A program made the position numbers and the translations under genes. The notes beneath the pieces are model-generated. The model searched no databases, had not been told where the DNA came from, and saw only the letters and a list, made by a program, of their open reading frames with translations. Shown piece by piece: positions 1 to 13,119 of a stretch of DNA of 64,000 nucleotides. The stretch comes from Patellaria atrata CBS 101060. Lineage: Eukaryota. The stretch is from the NCBI GenBank assembly GCA_010093705.1, contig MU006102.1, positions 376,123 through 440,122 of the forward strand, given 5' to 3'. Every line of letters begins with the position of its first letter. Position 1 is the stretch's first letter.

Positions 1-1943
1 AAGGCCACAGAATTCTGTGCGTGCTCGGAAATGCTAACAGAAATGTAGGAGAGTGGGAAGGATGCATGGATGGAAACAGGACGGCTCTTTCGAATGATAC
101 TGTCACACAATCGTAAGTGTTTGTGAAATCAAGAAAAATAGCCCGACTACCTCGATCTAGATTGCATGCTTATAGGGGTGCCACCGATCGGATTGATGTT
201 TCACGATATGAAAGAAGGTGATACTGAAGAAGTCGATGGATGTGTAGAACTAATCCTTACCAGCCAGAATGAGCGGACCTGAAACGAACCTGAAAAGCGC
301 TCGTACGCCCCTAAATGTAGGTGTATGAGTTGATTCAAAGGTACTCACATTTAGAGACCAAGGTTAGTATGCAACCATTTTTTCACAGCTCCATATTTAC
401 ACAAAATTGGAGGTGTGTTTGACCAGCTTTGAGTCTCTGTACGGTCGCAAGGTTCTTGAATGCCGAAGCTAATTGACCCAGGCCGGTCATTGATATCTCT
501 ATTCCTCTTAGATTATACGAAGACGGACTCGTGAATGAAGGAATTTGCTGTTGAGGGGGACGGATATAAATAAAGGAAGAATTGGAGGAACTAACCCTCT
601 GGGTGTATCCTAATGTCTTTCGAATCCAGTAGCTAAGCGTCTTCCCTCTGGTCTCGGGAGGTTTCTTCCAATGGTCAACGACTCGTACAACACTTTTGAT
701 TTCAATGCGGTTAAGAGAAGAGCTTGATATATTTGAAAGTCGAGAATAACAATAATAGATCCACACATAATACAGTTCTTCGAGATTCCGATGGTAACAA
801 GTAGATAGAGACCTTGTAGAACATAATCCGCGAATCTGAGCTGGAGGGACTTGGACGATATAATACTTGTATATTCCTCGAGCTATCACTTACTCCGCAG
901 GATGATACCGGGGGTAAAAGAGGAAATACTACTCTGGGCAGATGTTTGAGGAAGTATAAATCTGACGTTTAGGCTTTCAAGTGAGAGACGTACAGTAGTA
1001 GACGCAAGTCTTCATGTTTAGAGACGAATTTTCTGTCTGTTAACTTACAACTCATCCGTCTTCTTCCTTTAAGGTCTCCAATTACTACAGGTCGATTAAA
1101 GACCAAGTGTTTCGAGTGCCCAATAGATCCTTGATCGGGTTTAGGTTTTAGGCAACCGCGTATCGCGGCCAAAAGGCTAGGGATCGAAGAGGCGTCTTTG
1201 ATCGCCCAAATGGCCCGGTATCCGGAGCAATGTGAGACGAATATGATCTGCAGCGTGGAGTAAGTGCGTAATCACAAACAGCTTCTCTTCAATCGGCTGT
1301 TTAATAGGGGAACAATATCAAGTTTACACCATTTTGCATAGGCGGGCTGCCATCCACTTCATGCTAACCAGATCAGAATGGGACTCAAAGACTCGCGGAA
1401 ATGCTCGGTCTGATATCTGTCGAAAGGAATGATCGTGGTCGACATTAGCGGTATGCTCAAATGAAGCCGTGCATACCGCGCTTGTCAAAGCACACCATTC
1501 TCCATACTTTCATGGTACACGAGGAATTTTCGACCCGGGCAACCGGTCAACACAACCAGAGTAAGCTATATGCACGCTGCCCTCGACAGGTCTTTCGCCA
1601 CGAGGGTATAACGATTGTTTAACGGTTTCGTGTAAGTTGAACCGTGCATATGTGGAGAACTACCGAGGAAGCACTGGTGATAGATTGCCAGCGGCGATGA
1701 GCTGACCGCTCTCGTCCATGTTGAGCGATTGCTTAATATTATACTGATATCAAAGAAGTAAATACTGTAGCCCAAACTACATCATTCGGGGAACTTTTTA
1801 ATTGATAATAAACCATCTTTAGGACATCGACTCGGTTGGCGCAATCGAATATAAATGATCAAGTAGTGCCGGTCTCTTCAGAAGTGGGAATTTTAGCCAG
1901 CCCCGCACCGATTCTTGGTCATTTTCTTTGAACCTTTGACGGG

Positions 1944-2953
1944 CTACTTGGACATTTTGCGGTAGACTTGAATCTCTCTTGGTAGATCTTTAGATGTTAA
2001 AATCTGCTTGAAGCCGTGGTGCACTAGAAGGTCGGCGAATTGATCCGGATGGATTTGCAGCCGATCAAAATTTTGATGCAAATGCGGGGATTTTCCTCTT
2101 TTGACCGCTTTTTGATATGAGTCCCATGGTTGTATCTCAAGGACGAGGAAACCATTTTGAGACAAACATTTTGAGAATTTTGCAAACAAGACTTGAAGAC
2201 CATCATCCTGGTGTTCCAAATGAATCCATTTGACTACGCTCAGAGCAAGAATCACATCGTACGGGCCTGACGTGCGTGGGTTCTCGCTGACGGCCCAATC
2301 CTCGCACACGAACTCGATTTTGGGAAGTGCGGGTAGACTTGCGTCAGCTAATCTACTCTCAGACACCTTAATCAGACGAAATCCATGGCAGTCTATAGCT
2401 GGATTCTCTCGAGTCTCTCTATGTCCATGCTCAATAATGGCCGAAATAGGAAAATATATCAGATCTGCCTCGTGCAAAGCACGAGATGGACGTATACGCG
2501 AAATCTGGAATGACCGATGACTACGGGCTTTGCTGATTAGATTCTGGTCAATGTCGACGCCTGTGACTGATTTGGCATTGAAGGCCAAGCCTATGATATA
2601 TATCAGACTCCATGAGTTATAATCGCTTAGAACCGTGACAAGGGCAATCCTTAAACTTTCTTACCAAGCCAAACCGCAACGTTTCCCGCGTTGCAGCCGA
2701 GATCCAATATTTCCTTGTTGTCGAAGAAACCCGGGATCAGGCTAGCAATCAGCTCTAGACGTTTGTCTCGAATGTGTGAAGCATTCGCCGATGGGCCAGG
2801 TTGATGACGGTTCGACCCTTGATAGTCTTGAAACAAAACATCGAACTTCAGTCACTTGGACCAGTCGGAAACGACGAATTCTCAAGGACAACACAAGTCC
2901 GGCGTCCGACGGGGATTGGCAAACTTACATTGATAATTCCCAATCATCATCAT
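1944..2953 (-). CDS. Bin3/MEPCE-family RNA cap methyltransferase (3 exons: 2953-2929, 2826-2665, 2590-1944)
   Basis: Spliced protein begins MMMIGNYQYYQG. It has the SAM motif ILDLGCNAG, GVDID..LI..A, and YDVILALSVVKWIHL...LVLEIQPWDSYQKA, typical of the Bin3 C-terminal domain. Both GT-AG introns keep the frame. Confidence 0.88.
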
Positions 2954-5900
2954 GAGATTGATTGTCGTGATATGTGGAGGTGCTAGAGGGGAGCGATAAT
3001 GATTGACAATGATAACCGAGGATCATCGTTTTCATCACCTAGTTTGGCTTTCGCATCAGGCGTAGATGGGTTCAACCTGTATATTCGAGTAATAACAAGT
3101 GATAATTCCTGGAGGATTGCTTTGGGTGGGTTTTTGGATTATCGATGCGCGTTGGAGAAGAAGAGATAATGCCGTAGAACTACCGTAATAGACCTAGGCC
3201 TTCTGTAATCGGCGGACCCAAATTCCAGCCTGGGTAAGAAGTTAACAACTCACACCAGCAGGGTCAACACAGGTTTCAATATCCACAAGCGACTCCGCCA
3301 TACAGAAAACACTATTGTACAGTTTCTTTTTTTCTCATTTCTATTTTGTTGGGTTTGGAAAATGGTGTCAACCTTGGAGGTTAGAGGAATGCGGTGTAAC
3401 ATGTGCAAGTATGCAGAAAAATGAGCCTATTTGAAGTACGTGTACTATTACTTGCACAGTAATTGTTTCATACATGTCAATATGAGCTGAACTGGACCGC
3501 TAAATTCCACCATAGAATAAGGTAGGCTATCTGAAGTCCTACTATGTCGAAGAACTACTAACAACAATAGATATTGACGAACGTCACTCTACGACTGCCT
3601 ACGTTTGGGATTTAAGGTAAGTTCAAAAGGCACACAGCCAACTTGTGTGACGGCTCTACTTCTGATGTCCGGAGAGCTACGATGACGGGGCAAGAATTAC
3701 CTTAGGGATTAATTGTCGAGACTTCGAGTCTGCATCTGCAACACCATATCTGGAAATCCGGTGTCAGGGCATACCTGATTTGGGCGGAACTTGGACAAAA
3801 GTCCGGTTGAATATGCAGATTAAGCTTTGAGCAGCTGCACGCCTCCGCGATTCGATTTACACTATTGCCGCTAACCTATTGATAACTGGACCGCATCATA
3901 AATTCATAAACTGCTGAGGTGTGTGTTAAACTTACCGAATATACGGAGTACGTACAGTAGGTGAAGGATAGGAAGCAAACCTCTATGGGGCCGATTGAGG
4001 GTTGCTAGATTCGTTTCAGCTTCAACCACGATCATGGTTGATCAAGCAGCTCGAAATGTAAGTTGATTGATTTCTTGATCGCGGGATCACATCATTTCCT
4101 CGATTGACAATCAGGAATCCCCGCCATTTCTTATTCCCAGCTGTGAAGTTCTCTTCATACCGTACATTATTGTTCTATCTTTCCAGTCTCCTATTTTTTT
4201 TTTTCATTTATATTTTTCAAATCATTTGACAGGCTAGATATTATCCTCCGTTTACCCCTCCTAGCATAACTGCCGAAAAATGACGTTCATGTGGAGTTGC
4301 TTGTACTGTAAGTTATATAAGGGACCGCAGATTTATATAAACGAATTGTGCACAAGTTCCTGTCTCCCATATGATTTTACCATAAAAGACCGAGCACACT
4401 CATATGCTCTGCCATGGTTTCACTGTGGGGCTAAGCATGCAAGACAGCCGTTGGTAGCAGGGTTGTCAATCCCGGATGGTGGCCATACATTCGTATAATA
4501 GAAGTAATGGACACGTTGATAGGCTCGTTACGGAGTCTAAACACAGTTACAGTAAAGAGACAAGAGTCCAAACAGACGGTTTACAGTAGCACGCCAAGTA
4601 CCTAATAGTGTACGATGCTTTATGGACTGTTCAAATATACCGAAATCTCGAGATACTACTACACTGTACTCTTGAGCCGAGGAAAGACGTTACTGTGCCA
4701 TGTCGTTCTAGTCGTACGCCACCGTCCACATAACGATCGAATGGCGTTATCTTATGGAACTCATGGCTGTTGTGGAAGACGGGTTGTGGGCTTGACGTCC
4801 TGCTCTTAAAGGTCTGGAGGGTCTCCTTTCGATGCAAGTCCTGAAAGGGGATGAGCGGGACGAAACTCTGATTCTGGTCTGGTAGCGCGGGCGTAGATCA
4901 ACGCTTTACCCGCGGCAAGCCCTGACTTTTCAGCATAAGGCTTCTCCAAATAATCGCGAGCTAAGTATCCTAAATCCAAGAACCCCCATGAACCCCATGC
5001 GGACATTCCACCAGTACTAACGGCCGCTATGGACCGAGTGCAAGTATAGCCGTTGACATTTGATGCGCGCGCAACCAGGAAACACAAAAGCGCAATGCAG
5101 CCACCGGCAAAAGTAGTCACACCGCGCTCCTTGAGGGATGCCAGTGCCTGCAAAAAGATGCCAGGGCCTGTCAGTGCCTGCCAATGCCTGCCACCCATCC
5201 GTCAGAAGCTTGCCAAAAGAGATGGCAGAGAGCTTCAACACCTTCTCCCTGATGTGTATGGCGTAGATCCCGCATGGAGGCCGTAAAACCTCGCCGAACA
5301 CTTGAGAGGTAGTTCTATCGTCCAGACCTGCATGCACAATGATGATTCCGGTTCTAGTGTGGATGAGAAATTCATCAGACAGTCCGAGCTGGATATCGAG
5401 TTGTATGCCTAGCGGTTCCATCTAGCTGCTCGACTAGAACTAGCTACTTTTTTGCTTTTGCACACCTTTGCACAAATCTTCGCATCACTACTGGTCTTGG
5501 TGTGCGCAAGATGGAGTAGTTGGCTGCTTTGCTGTTCAGATCGGGATGCGGAGGTGATGCGGAAACTCGACGTCTTTCTTGCTTAGTCCAGTATTTTCAC
5601 TGTACTATACATTACTGTACCGTCTATCGACCAATCTATGCGATATTTGCCCTCAAATTACCGGGGCTCGCGGAGACGCTGTGAATCACCTTTTAGGTCC
5701 CAAATAGTGGAATGATTCGAAACCGCGCCTCCTTTCTCCCGTGAACCCAGGGTGAGGGTTGCAAAAACCTGGGGTCGTCGCCGAATGTTTGTTCGTTTTA
5801 TCCGGCAACAACCTTATCGGTGGTGACGCGAACGAGAATGCAGTTCTGGCGACTTTTCTGCGCCTGCACCACCGCCGTAACCACCGTAAACCATCGCCGG

Positions 5901-6404
5901 GGGCCAAGGTTGGGTGAGCGAGCTGCTACGAGCGTCTGCTAATCTCACAATTTGCTTTCCAAGGCCCCAGTTTAAGGTCCTTGTCGTCTGTTTCCGTTGG
6001 GTACGACACTCTCCCTAGCTAGGACTCTTGCGTAAGCAGTAAGGAATAGAAGAAGCAGAAAAATTCGCCCATATCTGGTGTGAGAGGCTTGCCCAACAGC
6101 AAAGACAGACATAGTATGACTGTATGAGGTGTTGTTCACTACTGTGCGAGGTCGCGCATTAGCTCTTGCATGTAAAAACCCGGCATAACCCTGACATCGG
6201 CCACTCTTCCTCTTCCTGAAGGTTTTCGAGCTTAGGGAAGGGAAAAAAAAAATAGGTTGTCCTAAAGAACCCTTTAACGAAACGCTCGACCCTCGAAAGT
6301 CAACGTAACGCAAAAGCAACCGTTTATCGCCGTTTGGCCCTGGGAGAACGGCGTGCTCACGGGCTGTTCAAGGCTTTTACATATAACTAGGTTGCCCGAA
6401 TGCC

Positions 6405-6450
6405 CGTCCTTGGTCCCCTTGGTCCCCTTGGTCCCCCAGCCCCAGCCCTG
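6405..6450. repeat. Short tandem repeat (GTCCCCTTG)x~3 followed by CCCCAG repeats
   Basis: Seen directly: gtccttggtccccttggtccccttggtcccccagccccagccctg. Confidence 0.7.
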
Positions 6451-6952
6451 TCTCCTCCGCACATCATATCGACCCGCCAAGACCGTTGTTTTCATTCTTA
6501 CCCGCCAATCGAGTAGCGTGGTTCAGGCGTGGACACCAGATTCAAACCCTCGTCTACTTGAATATTGCCATGTTACAGATGTCTGGCGTGAGGCTTTTCT
6601 GAAATCCTGGATCACATCCCGGAGGCCATCATCTGGATCATCTGCGCTTAGAAGAGCCGAAAGCTGGACGGAATCTGTCCCTGCTGCGGGCACACGGTGA
6701 TCCCATATAGTTAACATTACTGTGAGTATAGACCGGGATTGCTCGTGCCTATAAACTCTGTGATCGTCCGCCAACTTTCTCTCGTTCCCGAATTTGGTCG
6801 AATTGCTCTGTCTCCATCATACGGTTCCACAGCCGGAACGCTGGATCACCACGCCTAGGAACCTCACTTGGAACCTCACCTGGAACACGAAGCGGAATTC
6901 TCGATGCGGCTTCGTGCATGTCGTCCTGCCGCAGACAGATAATAATACACGT

Positions 6953-8346
6953 ATGTCCCGACCTCCTCCTCCGCCGCAACTACATCCTCCAAATACCAGT
7001 CCAACTCCTTCCGCCATGGCCGAAACTCAACATGCACCGAGACCTCAGTTATTCACTGCCCATCGTCGTCTTCCCCAACAAGGATATCGACTTCCTCCTT
7101 TGACCATTCCAGCTTTGACACAGTCCGAAAATCAATACGGTCAACCAGCGGGTCAAACTCTCCCTGGCATTCATTCCGCTCCTCCTGCTCGGCCATTACC
7201 TCGACAACAGCTTCCTCATGCTGCACCGGTCGAAAAACTTCTGGGGACCAACCCATACACTCCTCCAAGATCCGAAAGTGCCCTTTCACCACAGCAATTT
7301 GCACATCCTCAATCCCCAAGATCTGCTATAGAATGGCAACCGCAACGAAGAGGGGAGCGGCATCCTTTTGAAGAACCTAGACCGCCTCCTAATCAAGAGT
7401 CCGCATTCCTATCACCCATCGAAGGCCAGAGAAAGCTCTCCTATGCACCTCTACCTTCCCCGAATTATACGCCAAATTTTCCCGGCAGCAATGCACCCTA
7501 TCGTGGTTCTTCAAGTATTCAACGTGAACCGGCTATCCCTCCTTATGCTCCACCTCCACCGTCATATCGTGATCCCGCTCCAATAGCTCCACCTAGGGCA
7601 GCACCTCAACAACCCCAGCAACGGCACTCGACAGAGTCAGAGTGAGTTTGATCTATTCCCTGCGTGATATTTTTCCCTAATCAAAGTTTAGGCCGTATTT
7701 GTATCGGCTTACTGTCCGACAACAACCGATTGCTGCTAGAGCTTGCGGTTTCGGTGAGCGAGATCGTCGAGTGATCGATCCGCCTCCAATTATCCAACTT
7801 ACGGTAACTGACAAGAAAACCGGAGTACCGGATACGGATGAACTCAGGTATTCACTTAATGTCATTCATTGCACCTTATGGAATGAACATGGCACCCACG
7901 AAGAAACCGCTCTTATGCAGCCTGACAGACGTACGACACGGAGACTCATGGGCCAACTCGTAGCATCTCCATCCGTTGCGAAGGACGAGCATGATGTCGA
8001 AGGATGCTTCTTTTGCTTTCCGGATCTCTCATGCCGCACGCACGGCAGGTATCGGTTACGTTTCGTGATGATCAGGATTGACCCGTCGAATTTGATTGTA
8101 GGGGACGTGTCACCAATTTTAGCGGATGTGATGAGTGACGTGTTCACGGTATATACGGCCAAAGATTTTCCGGGGATGCGGCCCAGCAGTGCGCTTACCA
8201 GAGCATTGAAGCTGCAGGGATGCAATATCCAAGTCAAGAAAGGCAACGAGAAGTCACTGGCAGCACGCAAGAGAGCCAAATCACCCGAGGAGGCTGAGGG
8301 TGAGGAAGACGATACGGACCCGAATAAAGCAAAGCGTAGGCGTTAA
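6953..8346 (+). CDS. velC: Velvet-domain regulator, VelC-type (exons 6953-7641, 7692-8346)
   Basis: C-terminal velvet domain YRLTVRQQPIAARACGFGERDRRVIDPPPIIQL...FCFPDLSCRTHGRYRLRF...FTVYTAKDFPGM after a Pro-rich N-terminus. The GTGAGT..TTTAG intron joins the two ORFs in frame. Start codon uncertain. Confidence 0.88.
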
Positions 8347-9282
8347 CAGGCGTTCAAAGCAGTTCCCAAGATGATCACCTCATGAGACGACATGACGATA
8401 CATTTTGGATTTATCATTCCAATTATCATAGAGATTGGTTGGTTGCATGGCATTAGGAGCTTTTGATTATCTTTCAGTCAGACGACATTTTTCCGACGTT
8501 TTTTTCTAACGAGTGCAAAGCAAACGAAGAAACAAGTCAGATTTTCTTTTTTTTTTTTTTTTCTTCTCTTTCTGTGGAGTGGAATTCGTACTTTTTCGGC
8601 GTCGTACATTAGCAAGTTACCAGCAATGCGGTCCTTGATCCCCATTATTCGCCCAGCTTTGACGGCTGTGGCTTACGCCAGGACCATTTTCGTTAGTTGT
8701 ACAGCAGGAAGGCATTTGAGGAATCTTTTTTCATTTTCATTTTTTTGTGATGGGAGCATTTGACGACACGTTTTGGAACTTTTCAGCAGGTATGGCATGT
8801 TGGAGAGTGTACCTTATGATACAGCACATGATACCACGTTGTTAACGAATGAATAGTTTCTAACTATATCATGAATGAAAAAGGTCTTCATAGTAACCTA
8901 AGCTTCTTGAAGATTTTTAAAATGAGTGATTGGCGATATTGCATGGTAGTACATTGTTCTTGAGCATATTGAGATACATATCAAAAGCCCCCGATGCGAG
9001 GGGAGCAAGGAGGATAAGTTGGTAGTGGGGCAGCTGGAAGTTTGATACGGTATAGTAAGGTATTGTTCAGAACACTTCACTACTGGCTGTAATCGAGCTT
9101 TGGGGGCTTATTAAGTTATTAACAGGACAATGTAGGCGCTAGCAGGGAATTGTAGTTCTACCGCGGGGTCCCTTTCTCGAGGGCCACTTTATTACTACGC
9201 GACTCTTTCCAAAATTTCTTCTTCTCTTCTTTCCCCCTGGCAATAGCCAGGAAAGGCACCCTATACTTCCGATAATACCAAT

Positions 9283-11422
9283 ATGAAATATGTTCTTGTC
9301 TCCGGAGGTAAGTGGCGTCCGAGACATATCCTATTTCGTCTTCAATTGTCCTAATGCAGACGTGTACAGGTGTTATTAGCGGTGTTGGGAAAGGCATCAT
9401 TGGTAAGAATATTGTCCCCCAAGCGGCTAGTCGCGTCATGGTGGAGAGCTTTCCAGTCTGATCTCAACGCGTCACAGCCTCTTCTACCGGCTTGCTACTC
9501 AAGACCACCGGTCTCAAGATAAGTTTTTCCCCTTTGATCAATGCACAATGTGCTTTTTATCCTTCGGACAATTACTGATATTCCTTGCACGTATCCTCCA
9601 TCAAAGTAGACCCCTACATCAATATCGATGCGGGGACTATGAACCCCAAAGAGTGAGACACAACATCTCATCTGCATAATTCAAGCATCACTAACTTTCT
9701 ACGTAGACATGGGGAGGTTTTTGTTCTTGACGACGGCGGTGAGGTTGATCTGGACCTTGGGAACTACGAGAGATATCTCAACATTACCTTGACCCGTGAA
9801 AACAATATTACCACCGGAAAGATCTACAAACATGTTATTGAGCGAGAACGGAAAGGTGACTACCTTGGAAAAACCGTACAGGTGGTTCCACATGTCACAG
9901 ATGCTATCCAGGAATGGATAGAACGAGTCGCAAAGTTACCCGTAGATGACACAAAGGAAGAACCGGACGTGTGTAGTAGGTTATCTCGCTCAAAACTATA
10001 AGCAACAAAATTAATAACAGTAACTCTTTCAGTTATCGAGTTAGGAGGAACGGTCGGCGATATCGAGAGTATGCCATTCGTTGAGGCTATGACACAGCTG
10101 CGGAGGCGTGCAGGGAAGAACAACTTCATACAGATTCACGTATCTTACATACCTCTCATCAATGGGGAACAGAAGACAAAACCCACACAGCAGGCGATCA
10201 AGATGGTACGAAGCGCTGGTTTAATTCCGGACCTGGTAAGTGCTTGGTTGGCATCACCCATACCCACTTCTAACGTGGACCACAGATCGCATGTCGCTGC
10301 GAGGTACCACTAGAACCATCCACAGTCGACAAGCTCGCACGGTTCTGTCAGGTTGAACTCGAACAAGTGGTCGTGGTGCGTGATATGCCGTCTATTTATC
10401 AAGTACCTGTCCTTTTGGAAGAGCAGGGACTGGTTCCTCTCCTTGCTGATGTCCTCAAACTTGGTGACATGGAACTATCGAAATCATTAATAGCCAAGGG
10501 AGCAAACATTTGGCATCAATGGAAGGCTCTAACCATCAAGGACACTCGATTTCTGGATCCAGTAAACATCGTCTTAGTGGGCAAATACACCGAATTACAC
10601 GATTCATACTTGAGCGTCATTAAATCCTTAGAGCATTCGGCAATGCGATGCAGACGCGCACTAAAGCTTATTTGGGTTGACTCCGAGCATCTCGAACTAA
10701 AGACGCAAGAGAAAGAACCCGCAAATTATCATAAAGCATGGCACGATGTATGCACAGCCGACGGTATCCTTGTCCCAGGCGGGTTCGGTTATCGGGGTAC
10801 CGAAGGTATGATGGCGGCGGCTAAGAGGGCTCGCGAAAACGGCACACCGTACCTCGGCATTTGTCTCGGCATGCAGATAGCCGTCATCGAGTACGCTCGA
10901 AACTTGTGTGGCATCACGGACGCATCATCTGAGGAGTTTCGCGAGGCACCGAGTGACAACAAGGTTATCGTGTTCATGCCCGAAATCGACAAGGAGACCA
11001 TGGGTGGTACTATGCGTCTCGGTCGTCGTCCTACCATCTGGCAGGAAGGTTCTGAGTGGAGCAAACTTCGCGCTCTGTATGGGCAACAGAAAGAAATTCA
11101 TGAGCGACATCGTCATCGGTATGAGGTCAATCCTAAGTATATCGAAAAACTGTCACAGGCGGGCCTCAACTTTGTCGGCAAGGACGATAAAGGCGAGCGT
11201 ATGGAGATTATTGAACTTAAGAATCATCCTTGGTTTGTGGGTGTGCAATATCATCCGGAATACTTGAGTAGAGTGCTGGATCCGAGCAGACCGTACCTTG
11301 GATTCGTTGCGGCGAGTGCGAAGTGCTTGGACGAGATCACGAAGCAGATGGGATGGAAGAAGGATGGGCTTGTTAATGGTACCAATGGTGTTAACGGCGC
11401 CGATGACGGTACTCACTTCTGA
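9283..11422 (+). CDS. URA7: CTP synthase (exons 9283-9307, 9370-9402, 9478-9518, 9591-9652, 9707-9975, 10033-10235, 10286-11422)
   Basis: Spliced N-terminus [78 protein letters not shown]. Glutaminase motifs [26 protein letters not shown] and QYHPE present. Confidence 0.98.
9519..9590 (+). other. Non-canonical AT-AC intron (72 nt) with U2-type signals
   Basis: AAG|ATAAGT...TACTGAT...TTGCAC|GTATCC. Removal gives the conserved [12 protein letters not shown]. Retention introduces an in-frame TGA at 9576-9578. Confidence 0.88.
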
Positions 11423-12264
11423 ATATCTCGTTGATCCGAAACATCTGAGGATAGGATAGCAGGTAAATAGGGGATCATAGGAGAGTGAATGCGGTCATGA
11501 GATAATGTAGATAAGATCGGTCATGGTTTCGGTTTGCAGAAATGGGTGGGTATATGGGAATCCTGATGATGATGCTTCCTTAGGTTTCTGAGGGAGAGCA
11601 ACAAGTTTTTTGACACTAATAGTTATGTAGGACCTGTGATATTTCATGTACATTTTACACTTCTCCTCTATATAAATGTACTGTACAGATGCACAAAAAT
11701 ATTATTATACAGTTATACAATCATGGTTGGCGAAAGCGTGAGCACGCGTACCCCTGATGATCAATTCCGCGTCTTCCATCTCGAGTCCTCACGATAGTTC
11801 TAAAGTACGACACAATTCCAGAAAACATCTCTAGATTTTCAATCCTCATGTCTACATCATCTGATTCCAGCCCTTTCTTTCACATCAGCGACCGATGTTC
11901 GAGCAGTGAAATAATCGAAAAGGACCAAGAAAATGAGACACGTCGAACTACCGACGAAACCCCGGCCGATAACCAACAACCCCACAAACGCAGCGAGGAG
12001 GATATCCCCCCGCGTCCCCATTGAAAAAATGAGAGAAAGCATCAGACTCCGCTCCCGACAATACCAATAAGAAAAAACCCTCCTCCTCGACGAATTACTA
12101 AAACGATCCGCTGCTGCCAACGCTCTCCCGCAAAAGAGGGGACCGGGCCGACCGCGCATCTGGAAAGACGCCGCGGATCGGCAGCGAGGGTTCCGGGAGA
12201 GGAGGAAAAGAGAACGAGAACAACTTCTAACGAAGGACTTCCTCCTCAACTCCAACCGCGCAAG

Positions 12265-13119
12265 ATGTCCGTATCAGACTCAAAAATCGTGTCCACGGAG
12301 CCATTAGTGCGTATCCCCCACCCCTAAACCCCCCCACACATTCATCAATCGACCACAGGACTCCAAAGACGCCCGCTGGACGAAATTAGTCAAGTACCTC
12401 TTTCCCCCGCCCTTTTATCCCCCTTCTTTCCCCTCCCCCCACTAACTAACACCCGACAGAACAACCTACACAGACCCGCACGGCGCAACCCGCGACTGGG
12501 AATCCGCCATCCGCCCCACGCGCCCTGCCGACAGCCCCATCGACGGCGTCGGCATCCTCGCCCTCCTCCACCGCCCCTCGGGCTCGGAAATCCTGCTGCA
12601 GAAACAGTTCCGCCCCCCCGTCGGCGGCGTCGCGATCGAGATCCCGGCCGGGCTCGTTGACGAAGGTGAAACGGCGGCGCAGGCGGCGGTCAGGGAACTC
12701 AGGGAGGAGACGGGGTATGTGGGTGTTGCTGCGGGCGTTGGTCCCATTATGTTTAACGGTGCGTTGTGCGTTGTTCCTGTGACCTTATATTACCCTTTAT
12801 ACCCCCGTGTTTCAGTTGAGGTTGAAGACTAAGAGCTAACTAAACACCCCCCCGCCCCCGGGCCCCCACAGACCCCGGCTTCTGCAACACGAATCTCAAA
12901 ATCGTCCACGTGACAATCGACCTCTCGCTGCCGGAGAACCAACCGCAGAACCTGAAACCGAAGCTCGAGGAGAACGAGTTCATCGAGACCTTCTCCGTTC
13001 CCGTCGCGGAGCTGTACGCGCGCTGTAAAGAGTGGGAGCGCGAGGGTTTCGCGATCGATGCCCGTGTTGGGACGTTGGCGGAGGGGGTCGAGGTTGCGAG
13101 GGGGTTGGGGTTGAGGTAG
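12265..13119 (+). CDS. YSA1: ADP-ribose pyrophosphatase, Nudix family (Ysa1/NUDT5-like), 4 exons
   Basis: Spliced MSVSDSKIVSTEPL/DSKDARWTKLVK/TTYTDPHGATRDWES...QFRPP...EIPAGLVDEGETAAQAAVRELREETGY (Nudix box)...DPGFCNTN...IDARV. Confidence 0.92.

Noticed and set aside
383..889. 168-aa minus-strand ORF
   Set aside because: Non-ATG start, no recognisable domain and no convincing splice model.
8986..9110. AAGCCCCC / GGGGGCTT inverted pair resembling the RNase MRP/P P4 helix
   Set aside because: Only 8 bp, and the other conserved CR-I/CR-V nucleotides are missing.
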